DNA from: Chiloscyllium plagiosum
Taxonomy: Eukaryota
DNA: 63,963 nucleotides
Direction: 5' to 3'
Assembly (NCBI RefSeq): GCF_004010195.1
Contig: NC_057719.1
Location: 32,114,315 to 32,178,277, forward strand
The notes under the pieces: generated by a model
Databases searched by the model: none
What the model was told of the DNA's origin: nothing
The model's input: the letters and a program-made list of their open reading frames with translations, nothing else
Part shown: positions 12,975 to 25,772 of the stretch, in pieces
How the letters are laid out: every line of letters begins with the position of its first letter
Position numbering within the stretch: position 1 is the stretch's first letter
Program-made: the position numbers and the translations under genes

Positions 12975-13850
12975 CATCAGAAGGTCAGTGATGGGGATAT
13001 TTGCTAATGACTGCACAATGTTCACCATTCTCAGATACTGAAGCAATCCATGTGCAAATGCAACAGGACCTCAACAATATCTAGGCTTGGATTGATAAGT
13101 GGCCAAAAATATTTGCACGACACAAATGCCAGCAATGACCATCTCCAACTTGAGAGAATCTAATCATTGCACCTTGACAGTTAATAACATTACCATCACT
13201 GAATGCTCCACTTTCGATATCCTAGTGAGTTACCATTGACCACTGAACAGTTCTCACCATAAAAACACAATGGCTACAAGAGCTGGTCAAAGGCTAGGAA
13301 TGCTGCAGTGAATGACTCACCTCCTGACTCCCAAAAGCTTGTCCATTATCCACAAGGCACGGGTGAAGGAATGCTCCCCATGCGCCTAGATAGGTGCGAC
13401 TTCAACCACACTCAAGAAGCTGAATACCATGCAGGACAAAGCAACCTGTTTGATGGCATCACGTGCACAAAAGTCCATTTACTCCACTACTGACGGTCAG
13501 TAGCAACAGTGTGTATTCTGTATAAGATCCACTGCAGAAAATTCATCAAAGACAGCACATTCAAAATCCACAAGCAGTACCATCTGGAAGGACAAAGGCA
13601 TCAGATAGATGGGAACAATCCCACCTGCAAGCTCCCCTCCAAGCTATTCACCATCCTAACTTGGAAATATATCGCTGTTTCTTCAATGTCACTGGGTTAA
13701 AATCCTAAAATCCTCTCTGTGGTCGACTTCAGCACATGGACTGCAGTGGTTTAAAAAGGCAGCTCAAACCATTCTTCTCAAGGGCAACTATGGGCAGGCA
13801 ATAAAATGTTGGCATTGCCAATGATGCCTTTGGGCAGTGAGTGAATTAAT
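12975..13850 (+). mobile_element. Non-LTR retrotransposon (CR1/L2 group, second family): RT C-terminus plus 3' UTR
   Basis: Decayed translation IFANDCTMF...EAIHVQMQQDLNNI*AWIDKW...HKCQ; tail GGGCAACTA...AATAAAATGTTGGC; homologous to 24996-25375 and 45270-45680. Confidence 0.7.
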
Positions 13851-14022
13851 AATGAAGTCAAACATTCACTTTGAAATGCATTTAGAGGTGCAGGGACATT
13901 AGCATGGAGGAGATGGTTATGTTAGAATTTTGGAAAGCTGAAGTCACTATTACTTCTGGTGGAACAGAGTTAGCAAGATAGGAAGAGAAGTTTCCTGAAG
14001 GGACTGGATTCCTGCTAAGGGT

Positions 14023-14150
14023 TTCTGATGAAGGGCTTTTGTACGAAATGTCAATTTTCCTGCTCTTTGGATGCTGCCTGACCTGCTGTGCTTTTCCAGC
14101 AACACTCTGATCTAAGCTCTGGTTTCCAGCATCTGCATTCCTCACTTTTG
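14023..14150 (+). mobile_element. PLE tail family A monomer
   Basis: CTGATGAAGGGCTTTTGTACGAAATGTC core; flanks TGCTAAGGGTT/TGTTAAGGGTT look like a TSD. Confidence 0.75.
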
Positions 14151-14782
14151 TCATGTTAAGGGTTGAAATACTTGACAAAAGGAAGGCTGGACAAGGGTGT
14201 GAAGAAACATGGGATACGTGAGAGTGATGAGTTTGAGTTCAGTTGGGTAGCCAACAAGTAATAAAGGATATTAAATTAGTTTGTATAGTGAGGCTTACTA
14301 TATTCCAGGAAGCTTTGGATAAATTTGTACAGGGTGGAATTTGAGAAGGGCAATCGAGAATTCCATTCCTGAGGTAACAAATTTTTTTAGATTAGATTAG
14401 ATTTAGATTTTTTTTTAGATTTAAATGTGTGGATAAAGCTTTCAACAGCATCTTTGTGAAGCAAACATATTGTTTGAGATGGATGAGAAATGTGATTTGA
14501 TATTCAGGCTCCGGACCAATAGCGGAACTAAAATTGTGGAGAGAAAATTTTCAAATGAATGGTTTAAATGTCGAAATGTTATTTTCATTCAGAATAATTA
14601 CAAGGCCAGATTGTTTTTTCTTAGCCTTAATACATCAAATCTTTATCCCACTTCATTGGTTAATATTCTTATGCTTGAAAATTCCATCGCTAAAGGCATC
14701 AACAACTTTACACCATTTTGGCATTTCAATGTCTTCAATCCTTGATAAAGTACAAGTACTTTGAAGTGTGAAAGATATTTCG

Positions 14783-15077
14783 AAGTTCCTCGATGGTGAT
14801 GGCTAGCATGAAGGGACATAGCTTTAAATTGAGAGGTGATAGATATAGGACAGATGTCAGAGGTAGTTTCTTTACTCAGAGAGTAATAAGGGCATGGAAC
14901 GCACTGCCTACAACAACAGTAGACTTGCTAACTTTAAGTGCATTTAAATGGTCATTGGATAGACATATGGACAAAAATGGAATGGTGTAGGTTAGATGGG
15001 CTTTGGATTGATTTCACAGGTTGGTGCATCATCGAGGGCTGAAGGGCTTGTATTATGCTGTAATTTTCTATGTTCTA
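14783..15077 (+). mobile_element. CR1 LINE 3' end
   Basis: ORF GHSFKLRGDRYRTDVRGSFFTQRVIRAWNALP is the typical CR1 ORF2 C-terminus; GGGCTGAAGGGC hairpin tail. Confidence 0.85.
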
Positions 15078-16199
15078 AAAATAGTTATACACTACATAGA
15101 AATGCATAGAAACTGCATTATGAAAATAGGCCATTTGGCACAGCAAATCCGAGTTGACATTTGCTCTCCATAAGACCAAATAAGTCTAATTACATTTAGA
15201 ACCCTGTTTCCATTGACAACCAACCCTTTTCTTTCACTCATCTGCCCAGACTAAACTTGAATGTTGATTCAGGGTAGATTTTAATCCCACATTCCTGATG
15301 GAAATGGGTAAATTGCCTTTCATTCCAATATCCCACCCAGACACTCCACCATATTCAAATTTTATCAAATTTTCTGAGAGTATGGGCACACACCTGAAAC
15401 CACTGGATCCTTCAATATCATCATTGGGTACTAATTGTGATTTAATTGTAATCTAAGCAAATGAGCCTTCGTGCTGAGGTAATGTTGAGTGAGAAGGGGA
15501 TCGGAAGGTTCATTTGAACGGAAACTCTTTAACAGTAACTCTTGAAGACAGGAGAAGCCAAATGCTTTCCATAGCTGTGGGTAGACCAGGAGAAATAAGG
15601 ACAGTGACTTTGGTAACAATTTTCCCAGCTCTATACAGAAGGGCAAAGGTAATGCACCCAATGAAACACCACCCCCTCCTCCTACTTCCACTACAAGATA
15701 AACACTACCCATGGTTAAACATATGTCACAGATCCTTCATGTTCATTTCTTAAACTCTCTCCTCAACACTTTCAACACATGGACTACAACAGCTCATGAA
15801 AATGCAATGCCACTACTTTCCCAGACAACAATGGATCAGCAGTAAATGCTAGCCTTGCCAATGATGCCCATGTCTTGAATATAAGTTTTAAACAAAAACC
15901 CACAAAGGAAACTTAACACTCCGCTACCACAATAATCCCTGCCTCAGATTGTACAACACTGTAGGACCACCCAATCTTGCCATCTATCTGCCGTTGACAG
16001 CTGGCAGGTCATATAACTTTCCTAGACTTCCTGGCCGGAATAGATGAGAAGTTGGCCACAAAAATCTAACTGAGGCTAGGTCATCAAAATTGGCTGATAT
16101 CATCTCCACCATGAGCAAGTGAGATATACACACTAAGCATAGTCACTTTCTTTAAAGTCATTGGCAGTTAAAATCAGATTGTCACCACTAGTCAACCAA

Positions 16200-16930
16200 G
16201 AAGAGATTGGGTGACTGTTTTGGAGGACATCTATGTTCTGTTCGCAAAAGTGACCCGGAGCCTCCAGTTGCCTGCCGCTTCAACACGCCATCATGTTCCC
16301 TGGACAACATCTCTGCCTCAGGACTGCTGTTGTGCTCCAGAAAAGCTCAGTGCAAGCTGGAAGAACAGCATCTCATCTTTTCACTTGGGGACCCTGCAGC
16401 CCTCCAGACTCAATTTCAATAATTTTACGAACTGAGCTCCTTCTTCCTTGCCCTTACCCCAAACCCCACATACTAGATCTTATCATCACATGGGCTACAT
16501 CAGTAACCAACCCATTGTCAGCATCTACTGGTCACAATTAGGAGCTATTGATTATTGCAGACTAACCTTTACCCATTCTTTTGCCTGCTTAACTATTGTT
16601 CTGTATCTCTGGGCTCCATCTCCATCGATTGTTTACTTCTCTACCATCCCACCTCCAGTATATATACCAAACATTTCCAAGCTGCAATCAGTTCTGAAGA
16701 AGGGTCACTGGACACAAAACGTTAACTCTGCTTTCTCTCCAGAGATGCTGCCAGATCTGCTGAGATTTCCAGCAATTTTTGTTTGTCTTTGAGAAGAAAT
16801 TCCTGGCAGCTTCTGTGGAGAGAGAAAAACAGAGTTAACGTTTCAAATCCTAAACTCTTCTTCAGACTTGTGTTTCTCTGGCATTTTATGTTTTTATTTC
16901 AGATTTCTGGCATTTGCAGTATTTTGCTTT
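16200..16930 (+). mobile_element. Penelope-like retroelement: GIY-YIG endonuclease C-terminal remnant plus 3' tail with an inverted tail copy
   Basis: LGDCFGGHLCSVRKSDPEPPVACRFN...KLEEQHLIFSLG/TLQPSRLN is characteristic of vertebrate PLE ORF ends; CTGAAGAAGGGTC core at ~16694; reversed tail at ~16790-16865. Confidence 0.85.
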
Positions 16931-16967
16931 TATAAGAAAAGATTGTTTCCTGATGTAGCTTGTCTTG

Positions 16968-17585
16968 ATCATAGAGTCAGTCATAGAGAAGTACAGCATG
17001 GAAAAGACCTTTCAGTCCAACATGTCCATGCTGACCAGATAGCCTAGATAAATCTAGTCCCATTTGTCAGCATTTGGCCCATATCCCTCTAAACCTTTCT
17101 TATTCATATACCCATCCTGATGCCTTTTAAAAGTTTTAATTGTACCAGCCTCCACCACTTCCTCTGGCAGCTTATTTGATACATCCACCTCTGTCTGCAT
17201 GAAAATGTTGCCTCTTAGGTCCCTTTTAAATCTTTCTTCTTTCACATTAAACCTATGCCCTCTAAGTTTGGACTCTACCACGCCTTGTCTATTCACCCTA
17301 TCCATGCCGTTCATGATTTAATAAACCTCTATAAGGTCGTCCATCAGACTCTGATGCTCCAGGGAAAACAACCCCAGCCTATTCAGCTTCTACCTATAGC
17401 TTAAACTCTCCAACCCTGGCAACATCCTTGTAAATTTTTTAAAATCCCTTTTCAAGTTTCATACATCCTTCCTACAGCAGGGAAACCAGAATTGCACACA
17501 GTATTCCAAAAGTGGCCTAACCAATGTCCTGTACAGCTGCAACATGACCTCCCAACCCCTATACTAATAAAGGTTGACTAATAAA
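16968..17585 (-). mobile_element. CR1 LINE 3' portion
   Basis: ORF RGHRFNVKEERFKRDLRGNIF...LPEEVVEAGTIKTFKRHQDGYMNKKGLEGYGPNADKWD. Confidence 0.9.
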
Positions 17586-18082
17586 GTTGAAAAGTGTGTG
17601 TTAGAAAAGCACAGCAGGTCAGGCAGCATCTGAAGATCAGGAGAGTTTCATATACATTTCAGGTATAAGCCCTTCATCAGGAATATGGGGTGGGGTGGAG
17701 GGAAGGGGGCTGAGAGACGATTAGGTGGGTGGGTGTGAGGATTGAGGAAGGTAGGTGGGAAGGTTTAGGTGGGTGCAGGTGGGAATAATTGTGATAGGTC
17801 GATGGGTGGAGTGGAGAGGGTAGGTGGGAAGGAAGATAGACAAGTGGCACAGGTCAAGAGAGCAGTGCCAATTTGGAGGGTTGGATCCATGATGAGGTGG
17901 GGTTAGGGGAGATTTGGAAATTAGTGAAGTCAACATTGGTGCTGTGTGGTTAAAGGGTCCCAAGGATGAAGATTAGGCATTCTTCCTCCAGCCATGGGGT
18001 GGTTTGGATTTGGCAGTGGACCTACCTTGGGACCCATCAACCTCACAGCATCAATGTTGACTTCACTAGTTTTCAATCTCAT
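17586..18082 (-). mobile_element. Penelope-like remnant with inverted 5' duplication
   Basis: Minus translation LEEECLIFILGTL*PHSTNVDFTNF, then a C-rich tract and family A tail; 18025-18080 is an inverted copy of 17909-17965. Confidence 0.75.
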
Positions 18083-18489
18083 CTCTGACCAATAAAGGAT
18101 AGCATACCAAAAGCGTTCTTCAGTATCGTATCTACCTGGGACTCCACTTGCAAGGAACAATGAACTTGGTGCCCCCCCACATGTTTCAGGGTTTCTACTG
18201 TGAGCAAACCATTAGCATCAAGGAATATCTCAATGTGCATGAATTGTTTATAACACTTTCAGACATAATTTATCATACAACATTGTGAATGTGAGTTTTT
18301 TTAACATATAAATACACACCTACAGAAAACATGATTTATTATGATTACCAAATCATTTTATAAAGCAGCATGGATCACATTACAAGTACCATCGAGAATA
18401 TTCATCTTTTCTAGAAAGGAAAATAACTATGGCCTTTGATGAATAGACATAAAGAATTTCTGTAAAATACAAAAAGCTTATAGTATCAC

Positions 18490-19432
18490 AGAGTCTCAGA
18501 ATCATCAGGCACAGAAACAGACCCTTTGATTCAACTAATCCATGCCAAATTTCCAAACTCAACTAATCCTACTTGCCTGCACTTGACCCATGTCACTCCA
18601 AACCTTTCTTATTTATAGATTAATCCAAACATCTTTTAAATGTTATAATTTTATCTGTATCTATCTCTTCCTCTGGCAGTTCATTCCACACATGAACCAC
18701 TCTCTGTTAAAAATGTTGTCCCTCATGTCCATTCTAAATCTTTCTCCTCTCACCTTAAAAGTATGCCCCCTCATTTTGAAATCCCTCACACTAGGGAAAA
18801 GAGCCTTGCTATTCACCTTATCTCTGCCCCTCATGATTTTAAAGTCCCAGTCTATCCAGCCTATTTTTATAACTCAAACCCTCCATTCTCAGCAACATCC
18901 TGGCAAATCTCTTCTGAACCTTTCAAATGTTATAATATCCTTTCTACAGCAGGGTGACCAGAACTGCACACAGTGTTCCAGAAGAGGCCTCACAAATGTC
19001 CTGTACAACCTCAACATGACATCCTAACTCCTACACGCAAAGGTCTGAGCAAACAAGGCAAGTCTGCCAATCGCCTTCTTAACCATCCTTTTTACTTGTG
19101 ATGCAAATTTCAAAGAATTATGTGCCTGAACCCCTAGATCTCTCTGTTCTACAATACTATCCAGGACCCTATCATCAATTATATAAGTTCTGCCCTTGTT
19201 TGTTTTAACAAAATGCAATACCTTACATTTATCCAGATTAAACTCCATTTGCCACTCCTTAGCCCACTGACCCAATTGATCATGATCTCGATGTAATCCC
19301 AGATAATCTTCTTCACTGTCCACTATACCACCAATATTGGTGTCAGCCACAAACTTACTAGCATCTTTCCTAAATTTGCATCCAAATCATTTATTTGAAT
19401 GACAAACAAAAGTGGACCCAGTACTGGTCCCT
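18490..19432 (-). mobile_element. CR1 LINE (RT C-terminus plus 3' end)
   Basis: ADTNIGGIVDSEEDYLGL...WAKEWQMEFNLDKCKVLHF...EQRDLGVQ. Confidence 0.9.
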
Positions 19433-21334
19433 GAAGAAGGATAGTTTTCCTATGATTTTCCATTCATCAGCATATATTAGTTTCAGTAATTACTTTCCGG
19501 AGAAAATTCAATAGGTAAAGGTACAGCTTGCACATAAATGCCACACAACAGGATTTGTTCTGATAATTCTGAACATTTTAATCACGTTATACAGATAGAA
19601 TGTAGATTATTGGTTTTGATCTTCAAAATACAGTAGTAAATAAATTACAGATATCCTCAAAATGGAGTTGGATAAATGAGAATTTTAATGCGTTTTTGTA
19701 TAATGTCACATGGTCTGGATAAAGAAGACATTTCACCATTATGGTGTTTGTACTGTATTCAGACCACAACCACTATAGTTTTGTTGGCAGCAAGTTTGCT
19801 ATTTTCAAGATGGATAGCACAAATTTGGCAAAACCCAAACATGAACCACCGAAAAGAACAAGGGCATTTGATGCATGGAATTATCATCACTACCAAGTGC
19901 CAGCATATCTCAGACCATCATGATTTGCACAAATATCGCATTGTTTGATGATAGATTCAGAAGTATTTACAGACAATCCCCAGGTTCTGTTTCTGAGTAC
20001 ATTCGTAAGTTGATTTGCATGCAAGTTAGACACAATATAGTGCAATAGAAAATAGCTGTTCATAAATACAAACAAATATTTGTGTGTTGGATCCTTAAAA
20101 TTAATATTGATATGCAATCTTGTTTATAAGTATGCAGATTTGTAGGTCAGACGTTTGCAAATTAGGGACTGCTTGTATAGATAATGTTTACTTTATAATT
20201 GCAACAAATGGTGTTTTTAAAAGGGCAATTGCTACTGATAACGTACAAGTTTATATTATATGACAGTCTAGGAAATTACATAGAACATTATACATATAAC
20301 ATCTAAAAGTATCAGAGAAGATGCAAACAGACTGGTTTGTGGTCTCTTGTGACTTTAAAGATAATGATGGACTGCTGACCTTCTGGTCAACAGCAAGTCA
20401 CCAATGTGGATTAGATCCCAGTTACAGATATACTCCTCTTGTATAATCTTTGAAGAACACAAGGAAACAGGTTAAAGAGCCAGGTCGACTTGCACTGGGG
20501 TGGACTAATGGATTTCAATACTTAAGTATGTACCAGCCTGGGTTTGAACATTGCTAAAACAATAGAAGTCACAGTTGAACAACGATCTCCTAGTTACCCT
20601 TGTGTTGAGACAGCACAACAAACGATTCTCTCTTATCCTGAATGCTAGAATTCAATCACAGTCAAAAGGCATCAGAATGACAGAATCTCAAACAATCTAT
20701 GAAAACAGAAGATTGTGAAGCCGACTGTTCACCTATTAGTGTCAAAGTTACCAGAAACCTGTAATGTTACTGTCACAAGGCTCAACAATTCACTGTTTGT
20801 AAACAATCCAGATGTTAATCTGTAGATCTGTTCATAACTTTTATCTTTCTGAACTCATCACTCTGTTTAAATTGGCCCCTTTTAAAACATAAGTTATTAT
20901 GAATCTGGAGGAAAGGTATCCACAAGGAAAAACACCCTTTTAAAATTAACCTTGTCACAGTCAACCAAGGGAGTGAGTGAATAAGGAATGGGAACCAACT
21001 CATCAATCTTCACCCAGGTGCACAATAGTTTGAGGGTTATCCTGCCCGGAACCATCATGAACTGGGGAATCTTACTTTGAGTCTGGTTGTAATGTACATA
21101 TCATCATAATCCTTGGATCAAAGCTGTGGACATATGACTTAATGACACTGAACTACCCAGCCTCATCACACCAACTGCAGTGATTCAAGGAACTCATCAG
21201 CAAGCACACCCAGGGATGGCTAACAAACAGGGGACGGTCAGTGATGTGTATGTCCTGAAAATCAATTGACAAAAAGATACTGAACCAGTTTTTGGCAGGG
21301 GAGGTGGGATTTAAGAGACAGGTTTGTTTCTCGG

Positions 21335-21978
21335 TGTTACGACACGGTGGTAGACCCCTCTGTTAATTAAACTAAACACCCAGAAAAGCTCACCTTGCCT
21401 CATAATCTGTTAAAGTATGAGTGACAGATTAAATTTATCTATTTAAAGAAAATAATATCAATTAATTCCTTAACTCAAAAAGTAAAGATTAAACAATAAC
21501 TATTCACAACTCTAAGCCCCCCCTTTCTCTTAACTGATTATTATCTGCCTCAAACTCTATAACAATATGCTGTATTCATATATAACTATGTATGAAAAAG
21601 GTACTTTTGATAGTGAGTGTTTCGATCTCTCTCTCTCTCTCAATGGCAGTTACTTTGTCTGACTTTCAAACTGCCTGTTTTTAATACTCCAACATTGAAT
21701 TGTCTCATTGGTTCGATGTTGAGAAAAATAATAAATTTAAACTTAATTGGCTTTTAGTATCCTGGGACATAATTTAAACTTCTTGGTTAAATTCGAATTG
21801 TCAGCAAAGCAGCAAGCAACTCAGGAAACTATTTCAAAGCCAAATATTACATATTTTCAATTTTCCAGTATACTCTGGGACAGCTCGTTAGTCATAAGAC
21901 AGGTGCTTGGAAGCTCTCGGTGCAAAACAGCATTCACTCTCTCTTAATGATACAGTGCATGCCTTCAACTTCATAACA
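21335..21978 (-). mobile_element. 3' LTR of a Gypsy (Gmr1-like) retrotransposon
   Basis: Inverted termini TGTTACGA...TCATAACA; immediately preceded on the minus strand by the polypurine tract AAAGGGGGAGG (plus 21979-21989). Confidence 0.8.
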
Positions 21979-23045
21979 CCTCCCCCTTTAAGAAAAAAAT
22001 GAGCCATCATAATGAGAAGATGGCTTCTTCTTTTTCTAATTCTTAATCCTATTGCAATGAAATATACAGGACATTAATCTAAGTTCATATTAATTTCCAC
22101 ACACACATATATATAACATTGGAATCTCTTCAATCTTATCTATACTTTATCCTTTAAGTTCACAATAATGCATCTGCTATCACATTTTTGCAAACCACAA
22201 CATGTGTAATTTGTAAATTAAATGTCTGTAACGTAAGACTCCAGTGAAATAGCCTCATATTCTTGTCTTTAAATTGTTCAAAGAATGTAAGAGGATTGTG
22301 ATCCACATACACAACAGTCTCTGACACATTGTTTGTCACATAAACATTAAAATGTTGTAAGGCCAGTACCAAACTTAATTATTCCTTTTCGATGATAGAG
22401 TATTTTCTCTGTGGGTGTTGAGTTTCTTTGAAAAGTAGCCAATTGGCCATTCACTTCCATCATCATCTTCCTGTAGCAGTACAGCTCCAACTCCTTTATG
22501 GCTAGTATCAATTGCAACTTTGAAGAGTTTCAAAAACATTGGTGCAGCTAAAACTGGTGCGGTGGATAATACTGCTTTTAAATTGTCAAATGCCTCCTGG
22601 CATTGTTCTGCCCACTGAAATTTTGTGCTCTTCTTCAGTAAATCTGTTACTGTTGCCACTACATTGCTGAAGTTTGGAACAAACTTCTGGTAGAATCTGA
22701 TTAGTCCCACAAACTGAAGTACCCTTTTTTTGAGGATTGTCATGGAAATTCCTCAATGGCCTTTGTCTTTGTGTTCCTTGGGGTTAACATTCCATGACCA
22801 ACATTATGTCCCAAGAACGTCACATCTGCCTTTACAAATTCTGTTTTCTTTAGGTTTATTACCAGTTTTGCTTCTCTTAATCAATCAAAGAGCTCTGCCA
22901 ACTGTACCATGTGATCGTTCCATGACTCATTAAAGATCACTACATCATCCAGATAAACTGCACAGTCACATCACTGTTCATGAGTCTTTGGAATGTGGCT
23001 GTGCCTTCTTCATTCTAAACAGTATCACTTTGAATTGATATATGA
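21979..23045 (-). mobile_element. Gypsy pol remnant: RT and RNase H
   Basis: VYLDDVVIF-like motif near 22935-22960; QFVGLIRFYQKFVPNFS...FKVAIDTS..GVGAVLLQ...PIGYFSKKLN; VYVDHNPLTF...NVIADAL; frameshifts and stops. Confidence 0.9.
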
Positions 23046-23399
23046 TTTGGAGATGCCGGTGTTGGACTGAGGTGTACAAAGTTAAAAATCACACAGCACC
23101 AGGTTATAGTCCAACAGGTTTAATTGGAAGCACACTAGCTTTCGGAGCGACGCTCCTTCATCAGGTGATAGTGGAGAGCTCGATCGTAACACAGAATTTA
23201 TAGCAAAAATTTGCAGTGTGATGTAACTGAAATTATACATTGAAAAATTGATTGTCTGTTAAGCCTTTCATCTGTTAGAATACAGTGATAGTTTCACTTC
23301 TTTCATGTGTAAATCACAAAACCTTTTTTTAAAAGTTGCATTCCGGGTTAGCTGTTAACAATGGTGATAGCTAGACAAAATGTTGAAGGTGTTAGCCCC
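23046..23399 (-). mobile_element. Young PLE tail family B with intact hammerhead-like core
   Basis: Minus strand CACCTGATGAAGGAGCGTCGCTCCGAAAGCTAGTG; tail matches 5781-5899; CpGs retained. Confidence 0.8.
23133..23167 (-). ncRNA. Minimal type I hammerhead ribozyme-like motif
   Basis: CAC-CUGAUGA-A-GGAGC(GUC)GCUCC-GAAA-GC-UA-GUG: stem I CAC/GUG, 5-bp stem II, palindromic AGCU replacing stem III; the extra A after the core is non-canonical. Confidence 0.6.
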
Positions 23400-23797
23400 N
23401 NNNNNNNNNNNNNNNNNNNNNNNNNNNNNNNNNNNNNNNNNNNNNNNNNNNNNNNNNNNNNNNNNNNNNNNNNNNNNNNNNNNNNNNNNNNNNNNNNNNN
23501 NNNNNNNNNNNNNNNNNNNNNNNNNNNNNNNNNNNNNNNNNNNNNNNNNNNNNNNNNNNNNNNNNNNNNNNNNNNNNNNNNNNNNNNNNNNNNNNNNNNN
23601 NNNNNNNNNNNNNNNNNNNNNNNNNNNNNNNNNNNNNNNNNNNNNNNNNNNNNNNNNNNNNNNNNNNNNNNNNNNNNNNNNNNNNNNNNNNNNNNNNNNN
23701 NNNNNNNNNNNNNNNNNNNNNNNNNNNNNNNNNNNNNNNNNNNNNNNNNNNNNNNNNNNNNNNNNNNNNNNNNNNNNNNNNNNNNNNNNNNNNNNNC
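23400..23797. other. Assembly gap (398 N)
   Basis: Run of n. Confidence 1.
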
Positions 23798-23972
23798 CCT
23801 CCACCTATCGCATTTCCAACGCCCCTCCCCCAAGTCCCTCCTCCCTACCTTTTATCTTAGCCTGCTGGACACACTTTCCTCATTCCTGAAGAAGGGCTTA
23901 TGCCCGAAACGTCGATTCTCCTGTTCCTTGGATACTGCCTGACCTGCTGCGCTTTTCCAGCAACACATTTTC
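23798..23972 (+). mobile_element. PLE tail family A
   Basis: Near-identical to 1-275; CTGAAGAAGGGCTTATGCCCGAAACGTCGA at 23886. Confidence 0.8.
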
Positions 23973-24194
23973 ACCCATGTACAAAAGTCTAAATCATTCA
24001 TATACATCTGAAAGAGCAAGAAATGCAAACGGATTTTTGGGCCTCCACTCCAAATCTTCCTCTAACCTGAAAACTATCCATTAACCATTATTCTCTGTAT
24101 CTGTATTGCTATTGTCCTCTTTTATTCATGTGCTCTAACTGAGCCCATAATCTAATGTTTGGCACAATATCAGATATCTTTTGGCAGTCCATTT

Positions 24195-24537
24195 GAAATC
24201 ATACAATCCTGACAGTGTGGAAGCTGACTATTCAGCCCATTTTGTGTACACCAATCCTCTGGAGAGCATCCCACCCAAATTCACTCTCCTAATCTATCCC
24301 TATAAGACTACATTTCTCATGGTTAATCAACTTAGCCTGCACATTATAGGCAATTTAGCATTGCCAATTTATCTAACCTATTCATTTTTAGACTGTGGGA
24401 GCAAACTGGAGCATCCAGAGGAAACAAAGGGAAGAATATACAAACTCCACACAGACAGTCACCCAAGGGTGGAATTGAACCCAGGTCCCTCATGCTGTGA
24501 GCCAGCAGCGCTAACCACTGAGCCACTGTGCTGCCCT
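24195..24537 (-). mobile_element. HE1-type SINE nested in an older CR1-like fragment (~23975-24980)
   Basis: GGGCAGCACAGTGGCTCAGTGGTTAGC head and GGTTCAATTCC B box on the minus strand. Confidence 0.85.
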
Positions 24538-24995
24538 ATCACACCTCTCTGTTACATTTTCAAAACCTCCCGCAAGTTGGTTAAAAGTGATTTTCCCTTA
24601 ACAAATCCATGCTGACTCTGCTTAAATAATTCACATTTCTCCCTAATTAACACATATTTGTCCAATTCTATTCTAAATTATTGTTTATATATGCTTCCCC
24701 ACCACCAAAGTGAAATTGACCAGTTTGTAGTTGTTGATCTCATCCTTTCACCCTTAATTTTAATATGTGGGGCAATGTTTGAAATTCTTCAATCTTTTGG
24801 CAATGCCCTGAACATAAGGAAGGTTGGAAAATTTTGACCACTGCCTCTGCATTTACCACTCTCACTTCCTTTCATATCCTTGAAAGGATTTCATCTGGTC
24901 CCAGGGCTTTGTCAAATTTAAGTACAGAGTGTCTATCCAATTCCACCTTTTATCAATTTTAAATCCTTCTACTGACTGAAATTTAAAATAAAATT

Positions 24996-25375
24996 CACTC
25001 ATTGATGAGTGTCACTGGCTGGCCAGCATCTATTGCATTTGATTACATGATAGTGAGCTGCCTTCTTAAACTGCTGCAGTTGGTGTTCTGGAGGTAGACC
25101 CACAATGCTATTAGGGAGGGAATTCCAGGATTTTGATCCAGTGACAGTGAAAGAACAGTAATATATTTCCAAGTCAGAATTGTGAGGGGCTTGGAGAGGA
25201 ACTTGCAGGTGGTGGTGTTCCCACATATCATCTGCCGTTGTCCTTCTAGATGGAAGTATTTGTGTTTTTGGAAGGTACTGTCTTAGGATTTTTGGTGAAT
25301 TTCTGCAGTGCTTCTTGTAGAGAGTACACACTGCTGCTACTGAGTGTTGGTCATGAAGGCAGTGGATGTTTGTGG
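24996..25375 (-). mobile_element. 3' end of the second LINE family
   Basis: Reverse-complement match to 13480-13850. Confidence 0.7.
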
Positions 25376-25772
25376 GGGAAAAAGAGATGATTACCACACC
25401 TCAGTTGTAGGGAGAGTTTGAGAAAGCAAGTCTTGCATGTTAGTCTTAGCTGGAGCAGGAATTGAAGCCACGCTGTTCATATTACTTCAAAGTTTGTGAG
25501 AAGATTTGTTCATATTACTCTTCATTATAAACCAACCATCCAGCCAAGTGAGCTAACCAACCCCAATATCTTTTGCATTTGACCTGTGCAACATCAATTT
25601 TCTTGGTAAAGACAAGTGCAAAATAGTCATTTAATATCTCAGGCGAGTCTCCTGCTTCCGTGTGTAAGTATCCTTTTTGCTCCTGAATTGGGAGCATTAT
25701 TCCTGGCAATTTGACGGATGTCATAAGCCATTTTTCCCTCATTTAATTTAATTTCTATCTTCATTTTCATCG

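Noticed and set aside
23348..23942. ORFs of 150-190 aa
   Set aside because: Artefacts of translating through N runs; the same applies at 29924-30438.
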